The translations under genes were made by a program, and so were the position numbers. Shown here piece after piece: positions 1 through 10,081 of a stretch of DNA of 32,000 nucleotides. This stretch comes from Candidatus Omnitrophota bacterium. Its GTDB lineage: Bacteria; Omnitrophota; Gorgyraeia; 2-01-FULL-45-10. The notes below the pieces were generated by a model that was not told where the DNA came from, did not search any database, and was given only the letters and a program-made list of their open reading frames with translations. The DNA is taken from NCBI GenBank assembly GCA_023818895.1, contig JAMWCX010000001.1, forward strand, positions 30,001-62,000, in the 5' to 3' direction. Numbering within the stretch: position 1 is the first letter of the stretch; each line of letters starts with the position of its first letter.

Positions 1-1
1 G

Positions 2-1810
2 TCCCTTAAGGTGCTGGATGGCGCGGTGATAGTATTGTGCGCTGTAGGCGGCGTTCAGCCACAATCTGAGACGGTGTGGCGCCAGGCGGACAAGTACCGC
101 GTGCCGAGGATAGCGTTCGTTAACAAGATGGACAGGACAGGAGCGGACTTCTTCAAAGTTGTTGAACAGATGCGGGAGCGGCTCGGCGCTAATCCAATAC
201 CACTGCAGATACCGATAGGGTCGGAAAACGCTTTTCTGGGGATGATAGACCTTATAACTATGAAGGCTATCATTTACAAAGGCGATGAGGGCACTTCTGG
301 TTACGACGTTACGGAAATACCGGGAGACCTAAAGAAACAGGCAAGCCATTACCGTCATAATCTGATAGAAAAGCTTGGAGAAATCGATGAGACGGTTCTT
401 GAAAAGTATATACATGATCAAGGGATATACCCGAGCGAGATACGCGAATGCATAAGAAAGGCGACTATTAACGGCAAGATGATACCTGTCCTGTGCGGAG
501 CGTCAGCCAAGAACAAAGGTATTCAACCACTGCTGGACGGAATAACTGACTACCTGCCTTCCCCTCTCGATATTCCGCCGGTAAAAGGCACCAATCCCCG
601 GACGGGCGGGGAAATAACGAGACAGACATCTTCGGAGGAGAAGCTATGCGGTCTTGTATTCAAGATAAAATCCGATCCTTTTGTAGGTAAACTTGCTTAC
701 GCAAGGATATACTCTGGTGTCTTGAGACCGGGCGAATATGCTTACAATTCCACCAAAGATATCAAGGAGAGGGTTGGGAAGATACTTAGGATGCACGCCA
801 ATAAGCAGGAGATAGTTGATAAGGCCGAGGCTGGCGACATCGTTGCTCTGGTGGGGCTTAAAGAGACGACTACAGGCGAGACGATATGTGATGAGGATAA
901 TCCGATCATCCTTGAATCGATGCATTTCCCGGAACCTGTTATATCGATGGCGATAGAGCCCAAGACTAAGGCTGATCAGGAGAAGCTGGGCATAGCCCTC
1001 AACAAGCTTTGTGACGAGGATCCTACTTTCAGGGTAAGGTATGATAAAGAGACCGGACAGACTATCATAAGTGGCATGGGCGAGCTTCATCTCGAGATAA
1101 TAATAGACAGGATGCTCCGGGAGTTCAATGTGGCAGCGAGTGTCGACAAGCCGCAAGTTGCGTATAAGGAAACTATAACAAGGCAGGTGAGGGCCGTTGG
1201 CAAATTTATACAGCAAACAGGCGGTAGGGGCCAATATGGACACGTCGTGCTTGATATAATGCCGGGGCGGAAAGGCAGCGGCATATCTTTCGAGTCAAAG
1301 ATAATAGGTGGCGCGGTTCCGAAGGAATACATACCCGCCGTGAAGGAGGGCGTCATCGAGGCCGCGCAGAGCGGCTCTCTGGCGGGTTATCCGGTTACCG
1401 ATGTTGAGGTCAAGCTCGTTGATGGCTCTTTTCATGAGGTTGATTCTTCTGATTTGGCGTTCCATATGGCCGGTGTAATAGCTTTTAACGAAGGACTGAA
1501 AAATGGCGGCTCTATACTTCTTGAGCCGATAATGAGCCTCGAGGTTGTTACGCCAGAAAATTACATGGGAGATGTCATAGGGGACCTGAGTTCCCGACGA
1601 GTTAAAATAGATTCCATAACCGACAGGGCAAATACTAAGATAATAAAAGGTTTTGCCCCGCTTGGCGAGATGTTCGGATATGCCACAAGCTTAAGAAGCT
1701 TGACTCAAGGGCGGGCATCGTATACAATGGAGCCTTCGTTTTATCAGGAAGTACCGCGGAATTTAGCGGATAAAATAATAGAGTTGAGCGGAAGGGTTAA
1801 GAGAGGATGA
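2..1810 (+). CDS. fusA: Elongation factor G, 5'-truncated by the window edge (about 602 C-terminal codons present)
   Basis: The frame is open from position 2 (SLKVLDGAV...). G-domain motif VNKMDR, then domains II-V ([27 protein letters not shown]). TGA at 1808-1810. Canonical position upstream of tuf. Confidence 0.97.
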   Translation, partial: SLKVLDGAVIVLCAVGGVQPQSETVWRQADKYRVPRIAFVNKMDRTGADFFKVVEQMRERLGANPIPLQIPIGSENAFLGMIDLITMKAIIYKGDEGTSGYDVTEIPGDLKKQASHYRHNLIEKLGEIDETVLEKYIHDQGIYPSEIRECIRKATINGKMIPVLCGASAKNKGIQPLLDGITDYLPSPLDIPPVKGTNPRTGGEITRQTSSEEKLCGLVFKIKSDPFVGKLAYARIYSGVLRPGEYAYNSTKDIKERVGKILRMHANKQEIVDKAEAGDIVALVGLKETTTGETICDEDNPIILESMHFPEPVISMAIEPKTKADQEKLGIALNKLCDEDPTFRVRYDKETGQTIISGMGELHLEIIIDRMLREFNVAASVDKPQVAYKETITRQVRAVGKFIQQTGGRGQYGHVVLDIMPGRKGSGISFESKIIGGAVPKEYIPAVKEGVIEAAQSGSLAGYPVTDVEVKLVDGSFHEVDSSDLAFHMAGVIAFNEGLKNGGSILLEPIMSLEVVTPENYMGDVIGDLSSRRVKIDSITDRANTKIIKGFAPLGEMFGYATSLRSLTQGRASYTMEPSFYQEVPRNLADKIIELSGRVKRG

Positions 1811-1874
1811 GCCCCTTCACGTCACGGCCTTAAGGTTTTGTGTATGAGAAGGGCATAATTAAAAGGAGAGATTT

Positions 1875-3071
1875 ATGGCAAAGGAAACGTTTGTAAGGTC
1901 AAAGCCTCACGTAAACGTAGGAACGATAGGCCACATCGACCACGGCAAGACAACGCTCACCGCGGCCATACTTGCGGTCCTTGCCAAAAAGGGCAAGGCA
2001 CAGGTTAAAAGCTATGCCGATATAGCCAAGGGCGGCACCGTCCGCGATGAGACCAAGACCGTCACAATAGCGGTTGCCCACGTCGAGTACGAGACCGACA
2101 ATCGCCACTATGCCCACATCGACTGCCCCGGACACGCTGACTACATCAAGAACATGATAACAGGAGCCGCCCAGATGGACGGCGCGATCCTGGTCGTCTC
2201 TGCCGTAGATGGACCTATGCCCCAGACAAGAGAACATATACTCCTTGCCAGGCAGGTCAACGTCCCATCCATAGTTGTCTACTTAAACAAGGTAGACCTT
2301 GTGGAGGATAAGGAGCTGGTAGACCTGGTGGAACTGGAGGTAAGAGAGCTTCTTACCAAGTACGGCTTTCCGGGAGACAAGACCCCTGTTATCAAAGGAA
2401 GCGCCCTTAAAGCCATGACGAACCCAGATGACGCCGAGGCCACCAAGTCCATACATGAGCTCATGGCGGCCGTTGACTCCTTCATCCCTGAGCCCAAAAG
2501 AGACATAGATAAACCATTCCTCATGCCCATAGAAGACGTATTCTCCATAACAGGAAGGGGTACTGTAGGAACTGGAAGAGTTGAAAGAGGCCAGATAAAG
2601 GTAGGAGAGGAAGTTGAAATAGTCGGCATAAGGCCGACCAAGAAGTCCGTTGTGACCGGCGTAGAGATGTTCAGAAAACTGCTGGACGTCGGCCAGGCCG
2701 GAGATAATATAGGAGTTCTCTTAAGGGGTATAGAGAAAAATGACCTGGAAAGAGGCCAGGTCCTCGCTAAGCCGGGCTCCATCACTCCCCATACAAAGTT
2801 CAAAGCAGAAGTATATATACTCAGTAAAGAGGAGGGCGGCCGCCATACGCCGTTTTTCAACGGATATCGGCCGCAGTTCTACTTCCGGACCACCGATGTT
2901 ACCGGAGTCGTCACCCTCCCCAAGGGCGTCGAAATGGTCATGCCGGGAGATAACGTACAGTTTGAAGTATCGCTCATAACGCCGATCGCCATGGAGAAGG
3001 AGCTGCGCTTCGCTATTCGTGAAGGCGGCCATACCGTAGGCGCGGGTGTCGTGACGGAAGTGATAGAGTAA
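1875..3071 (+). CDS. tuf: Elongation factor Tu
   Basis: 398 aa. [17 protein letters not shown] and NKVD motifs; C-terminal [23 protein letters not shown] at about 1864-1868. Confidence 0.98.
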   Translation: MAKETFVRSKPHVNVGTIGHIDHGKTTLTAAILAVLAKKGKAQVKSYADIAKGGTVRDETKTVTIAVAHVEYETDNRHYAHIDCPGHADYIKNMITGAAQMDGAILVVSAVDGPMPQTREHILLARQVNVPSIVVYLNKVDLVEDKELVDLVELEVRELLTKYGFPGDKTPVIKGSALKAMTNPDDAEATKSIHELMAAVDSFIPEPKRDIDKPFLMPIEDVFSITGRGTVGTGRVERGQIKVGEEVEIVGIRPTKKSVVTGVEMFRKLLDVGQAGDNIGVLLRGIEKNDLERGQVLAKPGSITPHTKFKAEVYILSKEEGGRHTPFFNGYRPQFYFRTTDVTGVVTLPKGVEMVMPGDNVQFEVSLITPIAMEKELRFAIREGGHTVGAGVVTEVIE

Positions 3072-3075
3072 TACG

Positions 3076-3390
3076 ATGGCACAGCAGGATACTCAGAAGA
3101 TAAGAATCAAGCTGATGGCTTACGACCACCGGCTTTTGGATGTCTCGACCGAAGAGATAGTCGATACGGCGAAGCGTACTGGGGCAGGTGTGATAGGGCC
3201 GATACCGCTTCCGACCAAGAGGGAGATATATACGGTCCTGAGGTCACCCCATGTCGACAAGAAATCGAGAGAGCAGTTTCAGATAAAGACACATAAGCGG
3301 ATTCTAGACATTGTCAGCCCGACATCCAAGACGATAGACGCGCTTAAGAAACTGGACCTGCCGGCGGGCGTATACGTGGAGATCAAGTAA
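3076..3390 (+). CDS. rpsJ: 30S ribosomal protein S10
   Basis: 104 aa. [16 protein letters not shown] and [12 protein letters not shown]. First gene of the S10 block, 4 nt after tuf. Confidence 0.97.
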   Translation: MAQQDTQKIRIKLMAYDHRLLDVSTEEIVDTAKRTGAGVIGPIPLPTKREIYTVLRSPHVDKKSREQFQIKTHKRILDIVSPTSKTIDALKKLDLPAGVYVEIK

Positions 3391-3428
3391 TTCTGTAATT
3401 TGTAAAGAGTAAAAAAAGAAAAGATACT

Positions 3429-4127
3429 ATGTTAGGCATACTGGGTAAAAAGATCGGAATGACGAACATATTCGATGAAGCTGGTAAGAACGTGCCTGTG
3501 ACGGTCATCGAAGCCGGGCCGTGCTATGTACTACAGGTCAAGACAAAAGATAACGACGGTTATAGCGCCATACAGCTCGGTTTTTGCGAGAAGAGGCAGA
3601 AAGTTACCAACAACGTCGATATGGCTCGTTTCAAAAAGGCAGACACTCCTCCTTTGAGGTTTATCAGGGAGATAAGGGTGAACGATACAACCCTCTACAA
3701 GACGGGTCAGAAGATAACCGCTGATATATTCGCGAAAGGCGATTTTCTTGACATAGTTGGAACTTCGATAGGCAAGGGTTTTCAAGGCGGCGTCAAGAGG
3801 TGGGGGTGGCGCGGTGGTAATGCCGGTCACGGATCGATGTTCGGGCGTGTTATAGGGTCTATACAGTCCGGCGCCAGGCTGGGGCGCGTCACAAAGGGGC
3901 ATCATCTACCAGGCCACCTTGGTGTTGAGCGGATAACTATTCAGAATCTTGAGGTAATAGACGTTGATAAGGAAAAGAACCTGATAGTAGTGAAAGGTTC
4001 CGTTCCGGGGCATAAAAACTCATTTTTAGTGCTGAAGGAAGCGAGAAAAAGACCGAAGGGTTACGTCAAAAAGAAAGTTGTACACGTCGCGCCCAAGAAG
4101 AGCGCTAAGGCCGCTATTAAGAAATAG
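3429..4127 (+). CDS. rplC: 50S ribosomal protein L3 (with Lys-rich C-terminal tail)
   Basis: 232 aa. GILGKKIGMT and GKGFQGGVKRWG motifs; conserved order. Confidence 0.96.
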   Translation: MLGILGKKIGMTNIFDEAGKNVPVTVIEAGPCYVLQVKTKDNDGYSAIQLGFCEKRQKVTNNVDMARFKKADTPPLRFIREIRVNDTTLYKTGQKITADIFAKGDFLDIVGTSIGKGFQGGVKRWGWRGGNAGHGSMFGRVIGSIQSGARLGRVTKGHHLPGHLGVERITIQNLEVIDVDKEKNLIVVKGSVPGHKNSFLVLKEARKRPKGYVKKKVVHVAPKKSAKAAIKK

Positions 4128-4139
4128 AGAAGGTGTACG

Positions 4140-4838
4140 GTGGAGAATAAGAGAGTAAGAAATAGCCGGAAGACCGGTATTCCAAAGATTAAGACAACGC
4201 CGACAGGAGAGTTCAAACCAGCGGTGCCGGTGTACGACCTGAAAGGAAAAGAGGTGGAAACGTTCCAGCTCGACAAGAATCTTTTTACCGGCAAGGTCAA
4301 TAAAGCGGCGATTTATCAGGCCGTCCTTATGTATAGTGCGAATGCGAGGCAGGGTAACGCCTCCACCAAGACGCGCGCTGAAGTTTCGGGTGGCGGCAAG
4401 AAGCCGTGGAGGCAGAAAGGTACAGGCCGCGCTCGCGCGGGGTCGACCCGTTCTCCGCTTTGGAGACACGGTGGCATTATATTCGGACCGCATCCGCGAG
4501 ATTACGCCTATGATCTTCCGAAAAAAATTAAGAGACTTGCTTTTCTTTCAAGTATTAACTCAAAGCTTAATGAAAATAGGATGAAAGGCATCTTGTCTAT
4601 AACGATAGCTGAATCGAAGACTAAGGCTTTTAAGGCTATAGTCGATGCCCTCAAACTGGATGGCAAAAGTCTTTTTGTGTTGGAAAATATAGATGAGAAT
4701 ATCTTGAGGGCTTCAAGAAACTTAGAGGACGTCCTTGTAAAGAACTACAAGGATTTTAATACGATGGATGTGCTGCGCTGCAATAATCTGGTGATATCAA
4801 AAGCAGCGCTACAGAAACTACCCGAGAGGTTCAAATAG
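4140..4838 (+). CDS. rplD: 50S ribosomal protein L4 (start uncertain)
   Basis: [19 protein letters not shown] motif. GTG 4140 gives 232 aa with a basic N-terminal extension of about 28 aa. An in-frame GTG at 4224 ([11 protein letters not shown]) would give a canonical length of about 204 aa. Confidence 0.93.
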   Translation: MENKRVRNSRKTGIPKIKTTPTGEFKPAVPVYDLKGKEVETFQLDKNLFTGKVNKAAIYQAVLMYSANARQGNASTKTRAEVSGGGKKPWRQKGTGRARAGSTRSPLWRHGGIIFGPHPRDYAYDLPKKIKRLAFLSSINSKLNENRMKGILSITIAESKTKAFKAIVDALKLDGKSLFVLENIDENILRASRNLEDVLVKNYKDFNTMDVLRCNNLVISKAALQKLPERFK

Positions 4839-4842
4839 CTAT

Positions 4843-5121
4843 ATGAGAGATCCACATGATATAGTAAAAGGCATGATCAGGACCGAAAAGGGCTCCGCCA
4901 TACTGGCGCTCAACAAATATCTTTTCTGGGTAGATAAAGCGGCCAATAAGATAGAAGTGAAGAGGGCTATCGAGGACATGTATAAGGTGAAAGTAGATAA
5001 CGTCAATACCGTCATGATGCGAGGTAAGCTCAAGAGGGTAAGGTACGCTGTCGGTAAGACGCCCGACTGGAAGAAGGCTATAGTTACGCTTAAAGAAGGA
5101 AGCAAAATAGATATAACTTAA
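4843..5121 (+). CDS. rplW: 50S ribosomal protein L23
   Basis: 92 aa. Size, position between L4 and L2, and KIEVKRAIEDMYKVKV / PDWKKAIVTL pattern. Confidence 0.95.
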   Translation: MRDPHDIVKGMIRTEKGSAILALNKYLFWVDKAANKIEVKRAIEDMYKVKVDNVNTVMMRGKLKRVRYAVGKTPDWKKAIVTLKEGSKIDIT

Positions 5122-5207
5122 ATGAATAAAATCCTTTGGCAGCTCTTTGTTTGTGGCGGCCTTGAGGATTGGATCGGCATTATTTAGAGCAAGACTGGGA
5201 TAAATTT

Positions 5208-6026
5208 ATGGGATTAAAGAGATTCAGACCAACAACGGATGCATTGAGACATACCGCTATTTCTGACTTTTCCGAACTGACGAAGTCCACTCCGGAAAAG
5301 CGTCTTTTAATACCGCGCAAAGGAACCGGCGGAAGGAATAATCGCGGCAGGATTACATCCCGCCATCGGGGCGGCGGTCACAAGAGGATGATTCGCATAA
5401 TAGATTTCAAGCGGGATAAGACCGACATGCCGGCAAAAGTGATAGCTATAGAATATGACCCTAATCGTTCGGCGCGACTGGCGCTCGTTCAGTATAATGA
5501 CGGAGAAAGACGTTACATAATAGCGCCTGCTGGATTGAATGTTAACGATGAGATTATCTCGAGCGACACCGCGGAGATCAAGGTGGGTAATACCACAAGG
5601 ATCGAAAACATACCGGCGGGTATTCCAATACATAATGTTGAGATAAGGAAAGGATCGGGCGCGACCATAGCCCGTTCAGCTGGTAATTCATGCGTGATAA
5701 TGGCCAAGGAAGGCGGGTATGCGCAGGTCAAGCTTCCAAGCGGAGAGATAAGGCTCATCGGATTGGATTGCCTGGCCACAATCGGACAGGTAGGCAATAT
5801 CGAACACGAAACCATATCTATCGGTAAGGCAGGCAGATCGCGGTGGATGGGCTTGAGGCCTTATTCGAGAGGGGTGGTTAAGAATCCGCACGATCATCCG
5901 ATGGGCGGCGGCGAAGGGAAGGCGAGCGGCGGGTTGCCGAGATCTCCATGGGGACAATACGCTAAGGGGTTGAAGACCAGGAAAAGCAAACCTTCGGATA
6001 AGTATATAGTAAAACGGAGAAGATAA
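5208..6026 (+). CDS. rplB: 50S ribosomal protein L2
   Basis: The ORF track begins at TTG 5169, but ATG 5208 gives the canonical [10 protein letters not shown] start (272 aa). GGGHKR and [13 protein letters not shown] motifs. Confidence 0.96.
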   Translation: MGLKRFRPTTDALRHTAISDFSELTKSTPEKRLLIPRKGTGGRNNRGRITSRHRGGGHKRMIRIIDFKRDKTDMPAKVIAIEYDPNRSARLALVQYNDGERRYIIAPAGLNVNDEIISSDTAEIKVGNTTRIENIPAGIPIHNVEIRKGSGATIARSAGNSCVIMAKEGGYAQVKLPSGEIRLIGLDCLATIGQVGNIEHETISIGKAGRSRWMGLRPYSRGVVKNPHDHPMGGGEGKASGGLPRSPWGQYAKGLKTRKSKPSDKYIVKRRR

Positions 6027-6310
6027 TGTCAAGATCCACTAAAAAAGGTCCGTATGTGGACGAAAAACTTCTTATTAAGGTACAGAAGGCCGCGATGTCA
6101 GGCGACAAAAAACCTATAAAGACATGGTCCAGAAGGTCTACGATAACCCCCGATTTTGTCGGCATAACCCTTTCAATCTACAACGGAAAGAAGTTTTTGC
6201 CAGTATACGTGACTGAAAACATGGTTGGCCATAAGGTTGGAGAATTTGCGCCGACAAGGTTATTTAAGAAGCACGGCGCCGCAACCGAAATATCTATGGA
6301 AAAGACATAA
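6026..6310 (+). CDS. rpsS: 30S ribosomal protein S19
   Basis: 94 aa. [12 protein letters not shown] and [16 protein letters not shown] overlap with the rplB stop. Confidence 0.97.
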   Translation: MSRSTKKGPYVDEKLLIKVQKAAMSGDKKPIKTWSRRSTITPDFVGITLSIYNGKKFLPVYVTENMVGHKVGEFAPTRLFKKHGAATEISMEKT

Positions 6311-6311
6311 C

Positions 6312-6788
6312 ATGATATCTAAAGCCACTCTAAGATATGTACGGATTTCACCGCGTAAGGTACGGCAGGTTATACCGCTTGTGAAAGGCAAGAAGGCCGG
6401 TGACGCTGTCGCAACACTTTTCGCTGTCAAGAAGAAGGCCTCGGAATACCTTATAGACCTTATAGAATCCGCGATCGCTAACGCTAAGCGTGTTCCCGGA
6501 ATCGACATCGATAACCTTTTTATATCCAAGCTTATCGCTAACGGCGGTCCGCAGATGAAAAGGTTCCGGGCGGCTTCTATGGGCAGAGCGAGTATGATAC
6601 GCAAACGCACCAGCCACATTACTGTTGAGCTTGATGAGGTGGTCAAAAAAGAAACTCCGGCCAAGGAGGCGGGTCATAAGATTAAAGAGCCCCGCATGAA
6701 ACCAAAGGCGCAGGATTCCTCTAAGGCGAAGAAGGTCATTAAGGCGAAAGAGCCAGTAAAATCGGAAGGCAAGAAGGGCAAGGCGTAA
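6312..6788 (+). CDS. rplV: 50S ribosomal protein L22 with Lys-rich C-terminal extension
   Basis: The ORF track begins at 6225 inside rpsS. ATG 6312 gives the canonical [20 protein letters not shown] start (158 aa). The core ends near ITVELDE, followed by a K/E/P-rich tail of about 48 aa. Confidence 0.95.
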   Translation: MISKATLRYVRISPRKVRQVIPLVKGKKAGDAVATLFAVKKKASEYLIDLIESAIANAKRVPGIDIDNLFISKLIANGGPQMKRFRAASMGRASMIRKRTSHITVELDEVVKKETPAKEAGHKIKEPRMKPKAQDSSKAKKVIKAKEPVKSEGKKGKA

Positions 6789-6789
6789 G

Positions 6790-7455
6790 ATGGGCCAAAA
6801 AGTTCATCCATATGGTTTAAGGGTAGGTTACATATATGATTGGAAGTCCCGCTGGTTTGCCAAGAAGGCGGATTTCCCGAGACAGTTCCTTGAGGATGTG
6901 AAGATAAAAAAGCATATAAAGAAATCGCTGTCTACAGCCGCTGTCTCCAAAATAGAGATTGAAAGGGCCAGCGAGAAGGTCAGGATACTTATCTATTCTG
7001 CGAGGCCTGGTATAATAATAGGCCGCCGAGGCTCGGAGATTGAGAAACTGAAAGAGGATCTTCAATCGATAGCGGGTAAGGAGATAATAATCGACATCAA
7101 GGAGATCAAGAATCCCAATGTTGATGCCCAGCTTGTTGCGGAAAACATCGCTTTTCAACTTGAGAAGCGCATACCTCATAAAAGGGCTATGAAGAAGGCG
7201 GTTCAGGCGGCGCTTGATAGCGGGGCTCGTGGCGTTAAGATAATATGTTCCGGTAGGCTCGGCGGAGCGGAGATTGCCAGGGACGAGAGCTACAGAATAG
7301 GCTCGATACCTGCCCAGACGCTCAGAGCCGATATTGACTATGGTTTTGCTGAGGCGTTGACAACTTATGGTCTAATTGGCGTGAAGGTGTGGATTTATAA
7401 GGGCGATAAAGTGCTCGATAAGGCCAAAGAAGAGACGGTCGAAGAGAAGAGATAA
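6790..7455 (+). CDS. rpsC: 30S ribosomal protein S3
   Basis: 221 aa. [13 protein letters not shown]; KH-domain [11 protein letters not shown]; C-terminal [12 protein letters not shown]. Confidence 0.97.
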   Translation: MGQKVHPYGLRVGYIYDWKSRWFAKKADFPRQFLEDVKIKKHIKKSLSTAAVSKIEIERASEKVRILIYSARPGIIIGRRGSEIEKLKEDLQSIAGKEIIIDIKEIKNPNVDAQLVAENIAFQLEKRIPHKRAMKKAVQAALDSGARGVKIICSGRLGGAEIARDESYRIGSIPAQTLRADIDYGFAEALTTYGLIGVKVWIYKGDKVLDKAKEETVEEKR

Positions 7456-7485
7456 AGATTATAGAAGGAACAGGCGGGTAGCTCA

Positions 7486-7905
7486 ATGGGAATGATGCCA
7501 AAGAGAGTGAAATTCAGGAAGGCGCAGCGCGGCAAGCGGCGCGGCACCTCTTATAGGGGAGCGTCCTTATCGTTTGGAGAGTTTGGCCTCAAGGCGCTCG
7601 AGAACGATTATTTTACAGACAGGCAGATAGAGGCCGCCCGTGTTGCTCTAATGAGGAATCTTAAGGGGGGCGGCAAGGTCTGGATAAGAGTCTTCCCTGA
7701 CAAACCGATTACCAAAAAGCCAGCAGAAACCAGAATGGGCAAAGGTAAGGGCGATCCCAGTCATTGGGTTGCTGTCGTGAAAAAGGGTAAAATACTATTT
7801 GAGATGGGCGGCGTTCCGCTTGAGATAGCGAGAGAATCGCTTAGAGTAGCCGCTCACAAGATACCTTTTAGGACCAAGTTCGTAACCAGGACGGAGCATG
7901 CATGA
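7486..7905 (+). CDS. rplP: 50S ribosomal protein L16
   Basis: 139 aa (the start could also be ATG 7492 or 7495). MPKRVKFRK and ETRMGKGKG motifs. Confidence 0.96.
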   Translation: MGMMPKRVKFRKAQRGKRRGTSYRGASLSFGEFGLKALENDYFTDRQIEAARVALMRNLKGGGKVWIRVFPDKPITKKPAETRMGKGKGDPSHWVAVVKKGKILFEMGGVPLEIARESLRVAAHKIPFRTKFVTRTEHA

Positions 7906-8099
7906 TAACCGCTAATGAGCTCAGAAATATGACAAAGGATGAGATAGCGGCAAAGATAGCGGCGCTCAAGAAAGACCTTTTTGCGCTTCGTACCGAAGTT
8001 AAGGCTGGAAGGATAGAGAAGCCGCATAAGATAAAGGATATCAGGAAGGATATAGCCAGATGCGAGACCGTTCTAAAGGAGAAGGCTAATGTCAAGTAG
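7902..8099 (+). CDS. rpmC: 50S ribosomal protein L29
   Basis: 65 aa. ATGA overlap with rpl[11 protein letters not shown]...LKKDLFALR helix pattern; conserved position. Confidence 0.94.
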   Translation: MITANELRNMTKDEIAAKIAALKKDLFALRTEVKAGRIEKPHKIKDIRKDIARCETVLKEKANVK

Positions 8100-8400
8100 C
8101 GGGAGGGGTAAGCGCAAGGAGCGTACCGGCGTGGTAGTCAGCGACAAGATGGATAAGACCATAACCGTTAGGGTTGATTGGGTCACGCACCATCCGGTAT
8201 ATAAGAAGATAATGAGAAGAGCCACCAAGTTCAAGGCCCATGATGAAAAGTCCATTGCTAAACTGGGAGATACTGTAAGGATTCAAGAGACGAGACCTAT
8301 TTCAAAGACAAAGCGGTGGAGACTGGTCGAGGTTGTTAAGAAAGCAAGTCCGGCTCCGGCATCGGCTAGGGCTGAGGCTGCAAGCCAGACAAAAGATTAG
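8089..8400 (+). CDS. rpsQ: 30S ribosomal protein S17
   Basis: 103 aa. [16 protein letters not shown] and [16 protein letters not shown]. Overlaps the rpmC end by 11 nt. Short Ala/Ser-rich C-terminal tail. Confidence 0.96.
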   Translation: MSSSGRGKRKERTGVVVSDKMDKTITVRVDWVTHHPVYKKIMRRATKFKAHDEKSIAKLGDTVRIQETRPISKTKRWRLVEVVKKASPAPASARAEAASQTKD

Positions 8401-8410
8401 AGGCCTATGT

Positions 8411-8779
8411 ATGGTCAGGATGAGGACAATATTGGATGTGGCCGATAACACAGGCGCAAGGCGCGCGTCTATGATAGGTGTTCTCGGCAGGGGAAATAGG
8501 CGTTATGCCGATATAGGTGATATTATAACTTGTAATATTAAAGAATCGTCGCCTGATGCCCAGGTTAAAAGCCATGAAGTTGTAAAGGGTGTTATAGTGC
8601 GTACAGCTTATCCTATAACAAGACCTGATGGGACCAAGCTGAGTTTTGATAGGAACGCTGTGGTGATAATAGACGAGCAGAAGAACCCCAAAGGCACAAG
8701 GATATTTGGGCCGGTAGCTCGTGAGCTAAGGGATAAGAACTTCATGAAGATAATATCGTTAGCGCCGGAGGTTTTATAA
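8411..8779 (+). CDS. rplN: 50S ribosomal protein L14
   Basis: The ORF track begins at 8333 inside rpsQ. ATG 8411 gives 122 aa, [18 protein letters not shown]..., the canonical L14 length and start. Confidence 0.96.
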   Translation: MVRMRTILDVADNTGARRASMIGVLGRGNRRYADIGDIITCNIKESSPDAQVKSHEVVKGVIVRTAYPITRPDGTKLSFDRNAVVIIDEQKNPKGTRIFGPVARELRDKNFMKIISLAPEVL

Positions 8780-8887
8780 AGTGGTTGAGTCCCGCTCCCT
8801 TTTGGTTTGTATAAAAGTATGGGTGAGCGAAGTAAAGAAGGTCTTTAATTTTCAAGAGTTATTTATATAGGTTTAAGAAGGTGTGGA

Positions 8888-9199
8888 GTGAATAAGATAA
8901 AGAAGAACGATATCGTATACGTTTTGACAGGAAAGGATAAGGGCAAGACCGGCAAGGTCTTCAGGGTTATGGCTAAGGATGGAAAGGCTCTTGTCGAGGG
9001 AGTAAATTACGTTAAGAAACATACCCGCAGGACCAGGCAGGACCAGCAGGGCGGTATAGTTCAAAAGGAAAGCCCGATTCATCTTTCGAATCTGGCGCCT
9101 TTCTGCAAAACCTGTAATAAGCCCGCACGTGTGGGCATAAATCTTCTTACAGACGGCACGAAATCAAGGTTTTGCAAAAGATGTAAAGAGGTAATATAA
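8888..9199 (+). CDS. rplX: 50S ribosomal protein L24 (four-Cys C-terminal region)
   Basis: GTG start with AAGAAGGTG RBS. KKNDIVYVLTGKDKGKTGKV KOW motif. 103 aa. CxxC-x19-CxxC at residues 73-99. Confidence 0.95.
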   Translation: MNKIKKNDIVYVLTGKDKGKTGKVFRVMAKDGKALVEGVNYVKKHTRRTRQDQQGGIVQKESPIHLSNLAPFCKTCNKPARVGINLLTDGTKSRFCKRCKEVI

Positions 9200-9202
9200 G
9201 AG

Positions 9203-9775
9203 ATGACAAAAGAAACCGCCAATAAACTAACACCGAGACTTCTGGAAAGATACAGAAGCGAGATAACGCCCGAAATGATGAGGATCTTCGGTTATAAGAA
9301 TTCCATGCAGGTGCCTCGACTTAAGAAGATCGTAATAAACGTTGGGTTGGGAGAGGCGACGCAGGATATCAAACTTCTGGAAGCTGCCCAGAACGAGCTC
9401 GCTATGATAACGGGCCAGAAACCGGTTGTTACCAAGGCGAAGAAGGCGATAGCGAACTTTAAGATAAAAAGAGGTTCCTCTGTAGGATGTAAGGTTACTC
9501 TCAGACGGGCGATGATGTACGAATTCCTCGATCGCCTCATAGCGGTTGCCATACCGAGAATAAGGGACTTCAGGGGGCTGCCGCCTGATTCATTCGACAA
9601 GGGCGGGAACTATTCTTTCGGCCTAAACGAACAGGTGATATTTCCGGAAGTTGATGTTGACAAGGTGATGAAGACCCACGGCATGGATATAACGATAGTC
9701 ACAACAGCAAAGTCTGGTAAAGAGGCGTTTGAGCTATTAAGGCTTTTCGGTATGCCGTTTGCCAAGAAACCATAA
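9203..9775 (+). CDS. rplE: 50S ribosomal protein L5
   Basis: 190 aa. [18 protein letters not shown] and [15 protein letters not shown]. Confidence 0.97.
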   Translation: MTKETANKLTPRLLERYRSEITPEMMRIFGYKNSMQVPRLKKIVINVGLGEATQDIKLLEAAQNELAMITGQKPVVTKAKKAIANFKIKRGSSVGCKVTLRRAMMYEFLDRLIAVAIPRIRDFRGLPPDSFDKGGNYSFGLNEQVIFPEVDVDKVMKTHGMDITIVTTAKSGKEAFELLRLFGMPFAKKP

Positions 9776-9846
9776 CAGTCTGTAGGCCGACCTGTTTTAT
9801 TAAACTTGCCGGCGACCATACAAGGTGGAGACAAGGACAAAATTCA

Positions 9847-10032
9847 ATGGCGAAAACATCATTAATAGTAAAGCAGACAAGACCGCAAAAGTTCAAAGTA
9901 AGGCGGTATAATCGCTGCAAACTATGCGGCCGTCCGCGAGGCTATATACGTAGGTTCCAGATATGCAGGATATGCTTTAGAGAACTGGCTTCCCGCGGCG
10001 AGATTCCGGGTGTCGTCAAGGCAAGCTGGTAA
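9847..10032 (+). CDS. rpsN: 30S ribosomal protein S14, short zinc-ribbon type (type Z)
   Basis: 61 aa. [23 protein letters not shown] carries CxxC...CxxC. Position between L5 and S8. Confidence 0.96.
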   Translation: MAKTSLIVKQTRPQKFKVRRYNRCKLCGRPRGYIRRFQICRICFRELASRGEIPGVVKASW

Positions 10033-10036
10033 TTTG

Positions 10037-10065
10037 GTTGATAGTTGATAGTCTATAGTCTATAG
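10037..10065 (+). repeat. Four tandem heptads in the rpsN-rpsH spacer
   Basis: GTTGATA GTTGATA GTCTATA GTCTATA G, read directly. Located 5 nt after the rpsN stop and about 17 nt before the rpsH start. Confidence 0.7.
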
Positions 10066-10081
10066 AAAAGAGGAAAAGTAG

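Noticed and set aside
1811-1874. Possible hairpin (CCCTTC ... GAAGGG) in the fusA-tuf spacer.
   Set aside because: Only a 6-bp stem with a loop of about 28 nt and no U-tract. Weak, and not distinguishable from chance.
2740-2979. Same-strand alternative-frame ORFs nested in tuf (2740-2979), rplD (4336-4584), rplR (11212-11412) and map (15076-15348).
   Set aside because: They are embedded in strongly conserved genes, Arg/Ser-rich, and lack independent start signals. There is no evidence for overlapping-gene coding.
5169-5207. N-terminally extended ORF-track starts for rplB (5169), rplV (6225), rplN (8333), rpsD (16547), icd (21985), lipB (25387), lipA (26036) and groES (31109).
   Set aside because: The extensions run into the upstream gene or an operator. 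An internal start codon reproduces the canonical conserved N-terminus, usually with an RBS or a stop-start overlap.
7473-7490. tRNA-like string GGCGGGTAGCTCAATGGG (resembles an acceptor/D-arm) upstream of rplP.
   Set aside because: No anticodon arm, T-arm (GTTCxAxxC) or 3' acceptor complement follows. The sequence runs straight into the L16 coding region ([12 protein letters not shown]). The resemblance is coincidental.
8819-8848. Nine-codon mini-ORF (MGERSKEGL) inside the rplN-rplX spacer.
   Set aside because: It is too short, has no RBS, and has no support beyond chance occurrence. It is noted only as part of the spacer finding.
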